DNA from: Octopus sinensis
Lineage: Eukaryota
Assembly (NCBI RefSeq): GCF_006345805.1
Contig: NC_042998.1
Span: forward strand, 174,778,001-174,842,000
DNA length: 64,000 nt
Direction: 5' to 3'
Below are positions 26,140 through 37,194 of this stretch, piece by piece; positions within the stretch are counted from its first letter, which is position 1, and each line of letters opens with the position of its first letter. Under the pieces are notes generated by a model. The model was given only the letters and a program-made list of their open reading frames with translations. It was not told where the DNA came from and ran no database searches. Made by a program: the position numbers and the translations under genes.

Positions 26140-27735
26140 CCATTCGCCACCTTAGGTTGAACAGTTGGGGGCGCTGGGAAACCTCACTCAGCGCTGTCGA
26201 AGGTTATGGATAGGCTGATGCATTGGAACAGTCAAGCGCCCTCAAGTGCCTTACCAGTTACCTCTGCAAGGCGAGTTGCCAGTGAAGACAGGAATCTCGC
26301 AATTAGGGGTCCGACCACACCAAACGTCTCGAATGCCACAGAATGGAAGCTGTAGTTGGCCGATAGATCGTGGTATTGCAGGGTTTTGTTCCACTCCGCC
26401 GCAGAAATTGAGAAGAAGCAAAGGAGTCGCTAACTGTGACATCCCAGACAAGGCATCTGCCTTGCGACCAGGGACACAGGGTGAGACCGTCTGGTCTCTT
26501 CCCATCACATCTGGACAACCCAGATGGTTCCAAGATTGAGGAGATGTTTGCGCGGACCAAGCTTCTCTTGAGTTTCAGTTTCAACTGCGTATGACGCGCG
26601 AAGCGACCAGCATTCAGGCGACAAGAAAGGCCATAGAGGCCTGTGGAGTCGAGGAGCCTTCCACAACGACAGATCAAAACCGTGCATACGTCAGCTCCCA
26701 CTCTGAGGCCAATGGAGACACGAAGTTCGTCCAAGCTGATTAGGCCACCAACATTAGCCACAGAGATTGCATCTATCCAGTTGCTTGAGTATTTTGGCGG
26801 CATCTTAAAAACTGGTCCGACTGGATGAAGAGAGAGTCGAAGGTGGCTTCCGAAATTATGTTGTCCCACGCTCTCTGACTCCGACAGTCTACCATCTTCT
26901 TAGGAGCAGACAAGTCTAATTCCCTCCAGTGTTGGAGAGCTTCATCCAACTCTCTGTTGGAACTGGTCCATGTTGGAGAGGAGACGATGTTGCTCACCAG
27001 GGTGGAGCAGGCGTGGATGGAAAACGAAGCAGTATAGGTGCAGGAGTGGCTGTGTGGTAAGTAGCTTGCTTACAAACTACATGGTTCTGGGTTCATTCCC
27101 ACTGCGTGGCACCTTGGGCAAGTATCTTCTACTATAGCCTCGGGCCGACCAAAGCCTTGTGAGTGGATTTGGTAGATGGAAACTAAAAGAAGCCCGTTGT
27201 ATATATGTATGTGTGTGTGTGTGTCTGTGTTTGTCCCCCCAACATCGCTTGACAACCGATGCTGGTGTGTTTACGTCCCTGTAACCTAGCGGTTCGGCAA
27301 AAGTGACCAATAGAATAAGTACTTGGCTTCCAAAGAATAAGTGCTGGGGTCGATTCGCTCGACTAAAGGCAGTGCTCCAGCATGGCCGCAGTCAAATGAC
27401 TGAAACAAGTAAAAGAGGAGAGAGAGGGACGAACACTTACGAAGATCAAGGCCTCCAAATCGCTTGGCCAATGCAGCCTGATCCCAGGATGTTAGAGAGA
27501 GTCTGACATTGACTAAGCATTCGAGTCTCTCAAAGATTAAGTTGTCGAAGCGTTGGAGGCACGATGGGAATCAGTAAGATGAGCTGACTCTGTGCAAATA
27601 TAGAGAGATAAATTCCTTAGTATGAAAAAACCTCGATAGGGTTCGATAGTTTCAATATTTTTCAGCAGTTGCTCAAGAGCAGCCACTTTCGACTGGACGT
27701 TAACCGTGTTAATATGCATCGAGTCACATACCCCT
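26140..27735 (-). mobile_element. CRE-clade non-LTR retrotransposon, 5'-truncated, frameshifted and split by a SINE
   Basis: RT C-terminal QAALAKRFGGLDLR, then QRAWD, a Zn motif CRCG...GLSC, a restriction-like endonuclease EP.GL.R.DGKRPDG...W..G..L.WDVT, and a frameshifted tail AAE..K..Y..L..NY.F..VAFETFG. Confidence 0.8.
27035..27417 (+). mobile_element. SINE family A inserted in the CRE-like element
   Basis: Full A copy; CRE coding homology resumes on both sides. Confidence 0.9.
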
Positions 27736-28060
27736 GAATATCGTTTCTGTGGTATAAGTTGATAGGTATATTACTTTGAAGTGGCGTACTTCAATTACAA
27801 CATCTGCAACCCTACACATTAATAGCACGTGAATGAAATATAGATCTTGCTTTCACTTTATTCCTATATTAACTGCCATCATTCCTGTTTTTTTCTTTTT
27901 GTTTAGTTTTGTTGAGTTGTTTGCCTTTTTTTAACCTCATTCCTTTCCTATTTTACTTTCACTTTGATAGCACCTTAAAATAAGATCTAACATCTCATCT
28001 TATTATAAGTTTTCCGTTATCCATGATCGGCTCTTGGATTTCGCTGAAACATGCAGGAGT

Positions 28061-28918
28061 GGGGCAAAATGGGTAAATAGGACAAGATGGATAAGTGGTG
28101 TAAAATGAGTCATTTCCGATTTTTTGCTTTTCTTTTTCCTACTTGTCTAAAATTGCTACACTGCAAGTATTGCATCGTCATTTTCTACTATTGCATCACC
28201 TTTATTAGTAAAAGTTGGTTGGCATAGCTGTTGTTGTTGAAATAGTTTGAAACAGCTGATAGGTACTTTGTTTTCAAGAAATTTTCCCATTGAGCTGATG
28301 ATTGATAACTGAAGACTGGTGATGTAGTTTACGTTAAAGAAAAAACTGCTTTCCACTCTCCTGCAAGACATGAACTACACACAGTGAACACATTACGGAC
28401 CTTGGGACCTTTATCATCCAGTGTTTCACCCGATTGTAATTGAGGTTACCAATATAATATTTTAATAATACTCGGTGTTTAACAATAATAATACTTTTCT
28501 CTGTTGGATTCCAAATCTATTTATCCCACACTCATGACTAATTTGATAATTTTCAATTTTCAAAACCTGGCGTCTAAAGCGGGGCAAAATGAGTAATGAC
28601 TAATTTCAATTTCTTCTTTTTAACAGCATGGTGCGTGAATATATCAGGAAGAAAGCCATTCCAGCAGATCATGAAGAAGCTATAGAGAATATTTCATGCT
28701 GAGTTTTTAGATTTAGTCGGGTTTCCTTAATTTCATATCATGTACCATTTTTTCAAGATGCTCTTTCATTTTACCTAGGTATTTAAAATTTTTCTTGCAT
28801 TTCTGATCTTTCTGATGTTTAAGGAATGTATATTGACGTGTATGAGTCCTTTTTCAAACGTAATTATGGAAAACTGAAGCGACAAATTTACCATACTCTG
28901 ACTTACTCATTTTGCCCC
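28061..28918 (+). mobile_element. pogo-like (Tc1/mariner superfamily) non-autonomous relic
   Basis: Inverted repeats GGGGCAAAATGGGTAA (28061-28076) / TTACTCATTTTGCCCC (28903-28918), with an internal direct copy at 28581-28596. Short MVREYIRKK... start resembles pogo-like N-termini. Confidence 0.55.
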
Positions 28919-29515
28919 AATTAAATTTGTCTTTAGGGGTACGCTAAGGTCTGAGAGGTTTAGATTGGAAGATGGGGGCTAGACATATAAATCATTTTTC
29001 TCTATGAGCCGAGACCATCTTAAAAGTATTATAGCCATCACCATCATCATCACCACTACCACCACCACCACTACCACCACCACCACCCCAACAAAACAAC
29101 ACAATGGTTCCTATAGTATTTATTTTGGCATTCTTTCGGGTTAGCATATGATCATTAGATCCGTGGGGTTCTTGTCCAACTGTCTCTAGTTAAGACTTCA
29201 ACTCACAGTCATATAGATATGCAGAGAAAATTCCCCGAGAAAACGAAGGGAAAACCTGCACAGACATTTAATTAGATTCGAATTTCCTTTTGGGACTGGA
29301 AAAAAACTGGAAATTTGCACCTAATGCCTTGTCTCTGTAGAAGTTTCATTCGCAAGATTTCGTGTATGAAAGAAGAAATATGAGATTTGCTAAAATTCAA
29401 TCGAAGTAGTGAGGCATAATTTTTAAAAAATAAATAATGAAGACCCAAAAATGTGAATAAACTGAAGATATTGTGTTTTTATAAGTATTTCTATTAAATC
29501 TAAATGAAGCTGTCT

Positions 29516-29529
29516 GTTACTATAGCAAC
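29516..29529. promoter_or_regulatory. RFX X-box motif
   Basis: GTTACTATAGCAAC matches the X-box consensus GTHNYY-AT-RRNAAC at all positions. Confidence 0.45.
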
Positions 29530-29649
29530 GAAGTTGTCAACAGAAGTTCATGGGAGATAACTCTTTCATCTTACGAAACACCACCGTACTTTGGCTCAAC
29601 TTTAGTACCAGTGTACTCTGTTTTATAATTTGGAAGTCGCAATTTTTCA

Positions 29650-30020
29650 TCTTTTACTTGTTTCAGTCATTGGACTGCGGCCATGCTGGGGCACCACCTT
29701 GAAGGGTTTTAGTTGAATAGATCGACCACGGTACTTAATTCTTAAAATCTGGTACTTATTCTATCAGCCTCTTTCGCCGAACGGCTAAGTTACGTGAACG
29801 TAAACAAACCAACACCGGTTGTCAAGCTGTGGTGAGGAACAAACACAAGCACACACACACACGACCCGCCTCTTTTCAGTTTCCGTGTACCAATTCTATT
29901 CACAAAGCTTTGGCCGACTCGAGGTTCGAGTAGAAGACAGTTGCTGAAAGTGCCACGCAGTAGGAGTGAACCCGAAATCATGCGGTTGGGAATCAAACTT
30001 CTTACCACACAGCTACGCTG
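29650..30020 (-). mobile_element. SINE family A variant
   Basis: A-family head and tail. Confidence 0.8.
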
Positions 30021-31899
30021 ATATATTACATATTCATGCTGCATTTCGGAACATCTCAAGAAAGGGGGAAGAGGCATCATCATCATCATCGTTTAATGTC
30101 ATTGTTGGTTAAAATTATTTACCAGGCGATCTATGGGGTACATGAATTGTAGAGGAGCGCATCTCAACTTCATTTGTGTTAAAAAGCGATGTGGCATCTT
30201 TCTTCCGCGATGTTTCACAGAATTTTTTTTACACGTGCAGATGGAGATTTAAGTTAAATCTGCAAAAGTATAGTTTCTGCCTTTAAAAACACCAATGCTA
30301 TCTGTTGGGCGCCTTGAGAAAAGAAAAAAGAAAAAGGTATACATTAATAATTTACTATAGGCGCAAGAGTGGCTGTGTAGTAAGTAGCTGGCTTACCAAC
30401 CACATGGTTCTGGGTTCAGTCACACTGCGTGGCATCTTGGGCAAGTGTCTTCTACTATAGCCTCGGGCTGACCAAAGCCTTGTGAGTGGATTAGGTACAT
30501 ACAGGAAATCAAGTTTAACAAAGAATACTAAAACCAAGTGTCTTTAAAACGTTACCGACAAAAGAATAAAAATACTTTCAGATTGTTTGAAGTATCGTGT
30601 CAGCAAAATGGCCCGCCAAGCCTACTGTGAATAATAGAATAATATAAATGCGTACCGTTGTCTTATGAATCTTTACTTATGGGTTATTGTTGTTGGTAGT
30701 GGTGGTGGCGGTAACTATGTTGTTGATGGTAGTGGTGGCTACTGTACAGATGTTTATGGCGGTGGTGACAGTGGTAGTGGCGGCAGCACAGTATGGAGTG
30801 TACGGACTGCACAGGGTTACCCACTTTATATACACACATTTGTTGTAGTCGAAGTCGTGGACAATTTGGTTACAGCACTTTAGGGCTCTGGGTGGTGGTG
30901 CGATAGACTAACCCACTCCCCTGAAATTGCTGGCTTTGTGCCAAAAATTTTAATCAATTGTTACCGCACCGGACAAAATGCATAGCGGCATTTCTTTCGA
31001 CTTAGCGTTCTGAGTTCAAATGCCGCCGGGGTGGACTTCGACTTTCATCCTTTCAAGGTCGATAAAATAAGTACCAGTTGAGCTGGGGTCGATGTAATCA
31101 ACTTACCTTCTCCGCGAAATTGCTGGCTTGGGCCAAAATTTGAAAGTAATATAGGAGGCTGCAAAATAATTAATAGCAATCTCACTAACAAAAAAATGGG
31201 GTGGGGTGGGGTGGGGTGGGGTGGGGTGGAGATAAATTTTATCAAGAAAAATCAAGTATTACGCTTGCAGTTTATATTACGAATGATTGCGGACGATATT
31301 AGTAATTATTTCTGGTAATATTGTATATTATCTCCCTTGCATCATGAAATTTTGATTTCGTGAGTTGCAAGTAAGTCATGTCTGACTCGAAGTCATTCCA
31401 GCAGCTCAGCAAAACTATAATCGAAAGCATTCTAGCTTTAGCCTTTGGGTCGTTGTTGTTTAGTCACAGTTCAACCATGGTCGAGTAAGCTCATGATCAA
31501 AGGCACATCAGCTATAGCCATACCTATTCTGTTGAGAGTCTAGGACTATTAATTATAATTTAACCTTGAATTCAAAGAGTTTGATTTTGGGGAAGATCTG
31601 AATGCGAAATCTAGCTTGTCGAGTGACGTCATCAGCATCAGCAAGCCAAAAAGAAATTATGGTAGTTAGTGTCGACATATTTAAGGTATGGAATTATCCA
31701 TATCTCTAACTTTTCTTCATTCCCAGATAAATTAATGCTTTTGCTGGTACTTTTTGGTTATTTCACCCCCATTAAAAAATTGGGTTATCTCCCCAAGTTC
31801 TATGAGGAATATCGGTACGTTTGGTTATCTCCCTCATCTTAAAAAAATTGTTTAACCTTCAATAAAACAAAAAAAAAGTGAAAAGATGAAACATCTTGA

Positions 31900-32109
31900 A
31901 TCTCTTTACTCTTTTACTTGTGTCAGTCATTTGACTGTGGCCATGCTGGAGCACCGCCTGTAGTCGAGCAAATCGACTCCGGGAATTATTCTTTGTAAGC
32001 CTAGTACTTATTCTATCGGTAACTTTTGCCGAACCGCTAAGTTACAGGGAAGTAAACACAACAGCATCGGTTGTCAAGCAATGTTGGGGGGACAAACACA
32101 GACACACAA

Positions 32110-32150
<41 letters not shown>
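31900..32150 (-). mobile_element. SINE family A, 3' half
   Basis: Tail half up to the CA/TA microsatellite. Confidence 0.85.
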
Positions 32151-32156
<6 letters not shown>

Positions 32157-32321
32157 GCAAATAAGCACAATAGTTGGTTCACCAACTTTAGGACATCAAA
32201 ATGTTAACTTATTTATTTACTAAAATGATAATTATAACATACATACATATAGCATATTATTATCTGCATATAAAATAAGAATACAAGAATACAAGAATTA
32301 TTAAAAAAACATGAATATAAA

Positions 32322-32457
32322 TTAAAATCACTTACAGCTGTTTCAGCCCATAGATAAAAGCATCTCATTCTGCCTATATTAGTCAAGTGTATTGAGGTAA
32401 TAGGCAGTTGAAAATGAGGTACTTATATATATCTCTAGGCCTCGTCAGAGATTATAA
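32322..32457 (-). ncRNA. Type I hammerhead ribozyme fold with a long stem II (Penelope-like-element type)
   Basis: Core CUGACGA (32448-32442) and GAAA (32344-32341). Palindromic stem III ACAGCUGU, GUA cleavage triplet, and stem I UUAUAAUCU/AG(UG)AUUUUAA. The 97-nt stem II is nested helices. Confidence 0.7.
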
Positions 32458-32489
32458 GGTACAATCATAAAAATATATAGACTTACGGC

Positions 32490-32850
32490 TATTTTTAGCT
32501 GAAGAAGTCAGAACGAAAATTCTCACAAAGCTGGAAAGGATCCAGGCTATAACTCTCCATAAACTGACAGAAGAGTGCCATATAGGATTAAAAGCAAGGC
32601 ACAACACGAATGAAATTCAACGAAAAGATTGCTTACAGATAAAACCAGTGTGGAAGAGTCGGATGGCAGATAAAGTGTTTCACAAAAAACACGATATACA
32701 ACAGGAGATAAACCCAAATATGGCATGCGGTGGTAGGCACCTGAGAAAAGAGTGTCCGTTCAAAAAAAACCAAAGTGTTTTCGTTGTGGGAACAAAGGAC
32801 ACATTAAATCATACTGCAGAACTATGGCGAAAACTTTGATCAAGCGAGAC
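32490..32850 (+). mobile_element. Ty3/Gypsy gag fragment
   Basis: EVRTKILTKLE...LHKLTEEC...ACGGRHLRKECPF, a frameshift, then the zinc knuckle CFRCGNKGHIKSYC (CX2CX4HX4C). Confidence 0.7.
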
Positions 32851-32939
32851 AAAATAGTTTGTCATCAGAGAAAAAGTTTGTACAACGAACAGAAAATTTG
32901 TAAAGTCCGTGTGATGTGAGGTGACGAGAATGGCTCTCT

Positions 32940-33813
32940 TGTACCACATCACACGACCGATACGACAAAGAGAAATTAATAGAACTCATGTATGTGCTAG
33001 AGGGAAAAGGAGACGATCGCGAAGAATGATTAAGAGAAGATTTATTGATATGTTAACGTGTGTTTGTGTGTGCGTCACGTATACAGAATAATAGACAGGC
33101 CGTCATGAGAACAAAATGTATGTGTGTGTGTAAGCATAGATGTATGCGCGTGTTAAGAACATATAAGGATGGCAATGAAGAAGAGACAGTGAAAGAGTCT
33201 GTAGCCATCAAAGTGAGAAATAAGTTCATAGACACAAGAAAGATAAGAATACCAGCTCGTAGTCAATAGTACACTGTAGTTGAAACACTGCATCAAGAAG
33301 TCGCGGTCACGATGCTGAGACGGTCACAAGTACATGTCGAACGTGAAGTTGTGGCAGTGATGCTGCTGCCTAGGTCACTTGTACAGGAGTTCATACAGGC
33401 TGTAGATTCGCTGTTTGTCCGCGGTGAAGTAATTCACGAGCAGAAAAGTGCTGGTACCTGGGTGAATTACTTGCTGAACTGTGTACGTATAGAGATGATG
33501 TTGACGACGTTAAGGACATGATGGTGGCGACGAAGAAGGGAGGCTGCCATAAAAGTTGTTGGATGAAGTTGGTAAGTCTCAACATAGCTGCTGTGGTGGT
33601 GATGTTGTCGCTGGAACTGGCTATGTCTTTGTGGTCAGTGGCTAGACTTTAAAAGGTCTGGAACCAAAGACTCCTGAACGAGAAGCTGGGTTTTTATAAA
33701 GAGCTGTAGGCATCTAATATTATTTACACTTCAAAGAAATTGAACAGATGCAACTGATCGTCGTGAGTACATAACCTGCGTGTCATATTCTTGACAAAAG
33801 AGATCATGGTACA
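32940..33813 (-). mobile_element. Possible solo LTR
   Basis: TGTACCA...TGGTACA inverted termini; TATA-like (about 33695) and AATAAA (about 33043) on the minus strand. No TSD, PBS or PPT confirmed. Confidence 0.3.
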
Positions 33814-33823
33814 GCATTTTCCT

Positions 33824-34056
33824 ATTTCTTTATTACCCACAAGGGGCTAAACACAGAGGGGACAAACAAGGACAGACATAGGTATTAAGTCGATTACATC
33901 GACCCCAGTGCGTAACTGGTACTTAATTTATCGACCCCGAAAGGATGAAAGGCAAAGTCGACCTCGGCGGAATTTGAACTCACAGCGTAACGACAGACGA
34001 AATACGGCTACGCATTTCGCCCGGTGTGCTAACGTTTCTGCCAGCTCGCCGCCTTC
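33824..34056 (-). mobile_element. SINE family B with a 17-bp TSD
   Basis: TSD TGGTACAGCATTTTCCT at 33807-33823 and 34057-34073. Confidence 0.95.
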
Positions 34057-34767
34057 TGGTACAGCATTTTCCTTCATAGCGAAGAAGGTGAGAGTGTAGC
34101 ACCACCTTCCACCACCGCTACCAACATCCTGCCAACTGCAATCACAGCAGCGACAGTTACACCAATAACAACCTTGACGAAAATAACAAAAGCTGCAACA
34201 ATTACTACAAAGGTGTCACCAAAACAACATTAGAAAAGAAGTTACGACAAACAGTAGAAGCAATGTGAAATACAGCAATAATAGCAGAAGCCACAAATGA
34301 AACAATCACTCCGTATAAAACAGCAATGCACACATTCTCACACCCACATGTACTCATACTCACACATAATTCAATGAAGATATATAAAGAAAGCCAACAC
34401 AAGACTACTAAGCGATATAACAGAACGATGATTAAAACCGATAGGTCACCTGGTAGTCCGGCTACCAGAACAACGGCATTCTAAAACAGCTTTCAAACGG
34501 CTACCACCAGAAGGAAAGAGAGAGCGGGGGGAGACCGAAAAGTACATTGTTCAGCACATTCATAACCGACATGAGAGAGAACAATATCACACCCGGATGC
34601 AGATAAAACCGGAGCCAATAGAAACCAGTGCTGTCAACTTACTGGCCAATGAGCCCAAGAGCGCATGAGAAGCTAATTGTGAGCTTGTGTCTGAAGATTC
34701 CCAACAGGGATGAAACGGGTCAGTCATGAAGAACTGCAGCAGTAATTTCTCCACCCGCTCTCTTTTC

Positions 34768-34802
<35 letters not shown>

Positions 34803-34867
34803 TATTTATTTATTTATTTATTTATTCCTTCCTTTCTTCCCCCCTCTCTCTCATATGTATGTGTGTG

Positions 34868-36900
34868 TAAAAGATAGAGGTGGAAATAGCACAGAAGTAA
34901 GTCTAAGAAAGTTCAATTTAAGAGGGAATTTCAAAGGGGGAAGTTCATAATATATTCACAGTAGGAGACCAGTGCTTTGTTTAATCCCTTATTTGAGCAA
35001 AAGCTGCTTTTGTTTTTGGCTAGTGATTCGTCCTCATCATTAGAGTTGGTGGTGGAGTATTCAGCCAATCTGAGTTTTCGGCAGAATTCTGTAGTATCGT
35101 TTTCAGTTTGAATTTCAGTTTGAATCTCAAAGTTTGGTCTTTGTGGGTGTAAACTTCAGTCCCTTTACTTAGAACTTCTATTTGGGTGTCAATTAATTGT
35201 TTTTTTGAAAGGTTAATTACCTTTAGTAGGGGTGGGGATGCAACGTGTGACCTGGTATTTCTGTCTTTGTGCTAAAAAAAAGGAATGTAACTTTGAGTGT
35301 AGTTGATATTTGTTGTCGGTCTGTTTTGAGTGGGTCTGTAGGGCCGTTTTTGATGGTGAGTGTGCTGAGAGCGGGGTCTGCTGTAGTTGCTATGTGTTGC
35401 AGTCTTGTTGGGGTTCTGAGGGGTCTTGGTAGTTTGAGTGGGTCTCTTCCAATGGCCGTTGTGCTTATGCTGTAGTGACTGTGGTTCCGGTGGGGGTACT
35501 TGTTGCAGTTATAGTTTATTAGGGGGCCTGATGTAGCCTTCAGTAATCCGAGTGTACCTCTTCCAAAGTTTAGAGTGCTTGTGTTATAAGGTTGGTTTTT
35601 GTTATTTCTGGATTTGGATTTATGCGAGGAAATTTGGGGAATATTTGTGTTGTTGTGTTTGGGGTGGTTTTACTTTGGTTGTAGTTGAGTGTATTTGATT
35701 TGGGTTGCGGGGTATTGTGTTTGTGGGTTAGGTGTGTTGTGTATGACGGTCTGATTGTTTCTGTAGGGTTTCGTGTTTTGTTCTGTTTTTTGATGATAGG
35801 GTTGTCTGTGGTGAGTATTTTTTAAAATTCTTCTTCGTATTTAAGGAACCATATCTCGTATATTCCCATGTTCACAGTCCAGTTTCCAGAGTTTTAGGAA
35901 GTGTTGTAAGTTGGTTCCCCCATATTTTTTGGTACATTCTTCTATTTGTTGATCGATATCTTTTGTTGTGACGCTTAATTTTAAGAGTTCAATTTCCAAG
36001 TCTATTCTATTGAGAGACATTTGTTCCCGTAGTTTTATTTGTTGTTCTGGCTCATTAGTCATGGGTTTTATTTGAAATTTTCGGGGCAAGATTAGTGAGG
36101 TGGACTTTAGCTATTTCTCATAGATTCCAGTTTTTCACCATGTTCCAAAATGTAAATTTTCCCTTGTTCTTAAAAGTTTTTCCAAACATGTCGTTGTTTT
36201 CGCTCTTGGTATCGAGGGTAGGGTTGAGTATCTTCTCGAGTTTTTCTGATAGAGTTTTCCATTTATGTTTTGCAGTTCTTTTAGGATTCCTTAATTTACA
36301 TTTGAGTCTTGATTTTTGGTATTCGGTGCCATTTTCCGGATTTGTATAGTTTATAATAGTTGAAAAAAGATTAGAGATCTATACAAATAAAATTTTTATA
36401 TATAAAAGATGGAGGTGGAAATAGCACAGAAGTAAGTCTAAGACATTTCAATTTAAGAGGGAATTTAATAAATATATATGTAACCGCATATATAGACATA
36501 CATATTCACATACATATAAATAATACTTTGACATAAACGTAGGTCTTTCTTCATTGTGTGTCGCATAAGGCAACAAACTTCCTCCGGCATGATCTTTGCT
36601 TACATACATACATACAGAGAGACATACATACATACATACATACATACATACATACATACATACATACATACATACATACATACATACATACATACATACA
36701 TACGTGCATACATATATACATACATACATCAAAACTTCTATCAAGTACAAACATAACAGGCCGTATATGTAGAGGGAAAAAAACATGTCCTGCTGATGTG
36801 AATATCTCTTCAAAAAATCAAAAAGAAAGAGGATAACTACAGACAATTTCAAAAACCCCAGCTTTTATACCCAGATTATAAGTTCACATTTATACCAATA
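34868..36900 (-). mobile_element. Probable Penelope-like element, N-terminal ORF relic with direct repeats
   Basis: Decayed ORF FWNM...PRKFQIK...EPEQQ...EIELLK...LWKLDCE (family assignment from memory). A repeat of about 65 bp occurs at about 34868 and 36402, and a TATAAAAG occurs on the minus strand near 36865. Confidence 0.45.
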
Positions 36901-36904
36901 TTTG

Positions 36905-36958
<54 letters not shown>

Positions 36959-37194
36959 CTGTGCTCTCTCTCCCTAGTGTACAGCTTCCTATCTTGGATA
37001 TGTGAGCATGCGCACAACATCCAAACATCCAAATACTACAAGGATTTCAGTATTCTTTTCATAAACTAGGGGCTGGCTACTGACATTAAGCTTAAGGGTT
37101 ATATAATGTACAAGTACAAAGAAAGAATTAAAGAAAAAGGACTGATTATATTAAATGTTATTGATAATATCGAGTAGAAATAAGGGGTATTGCA

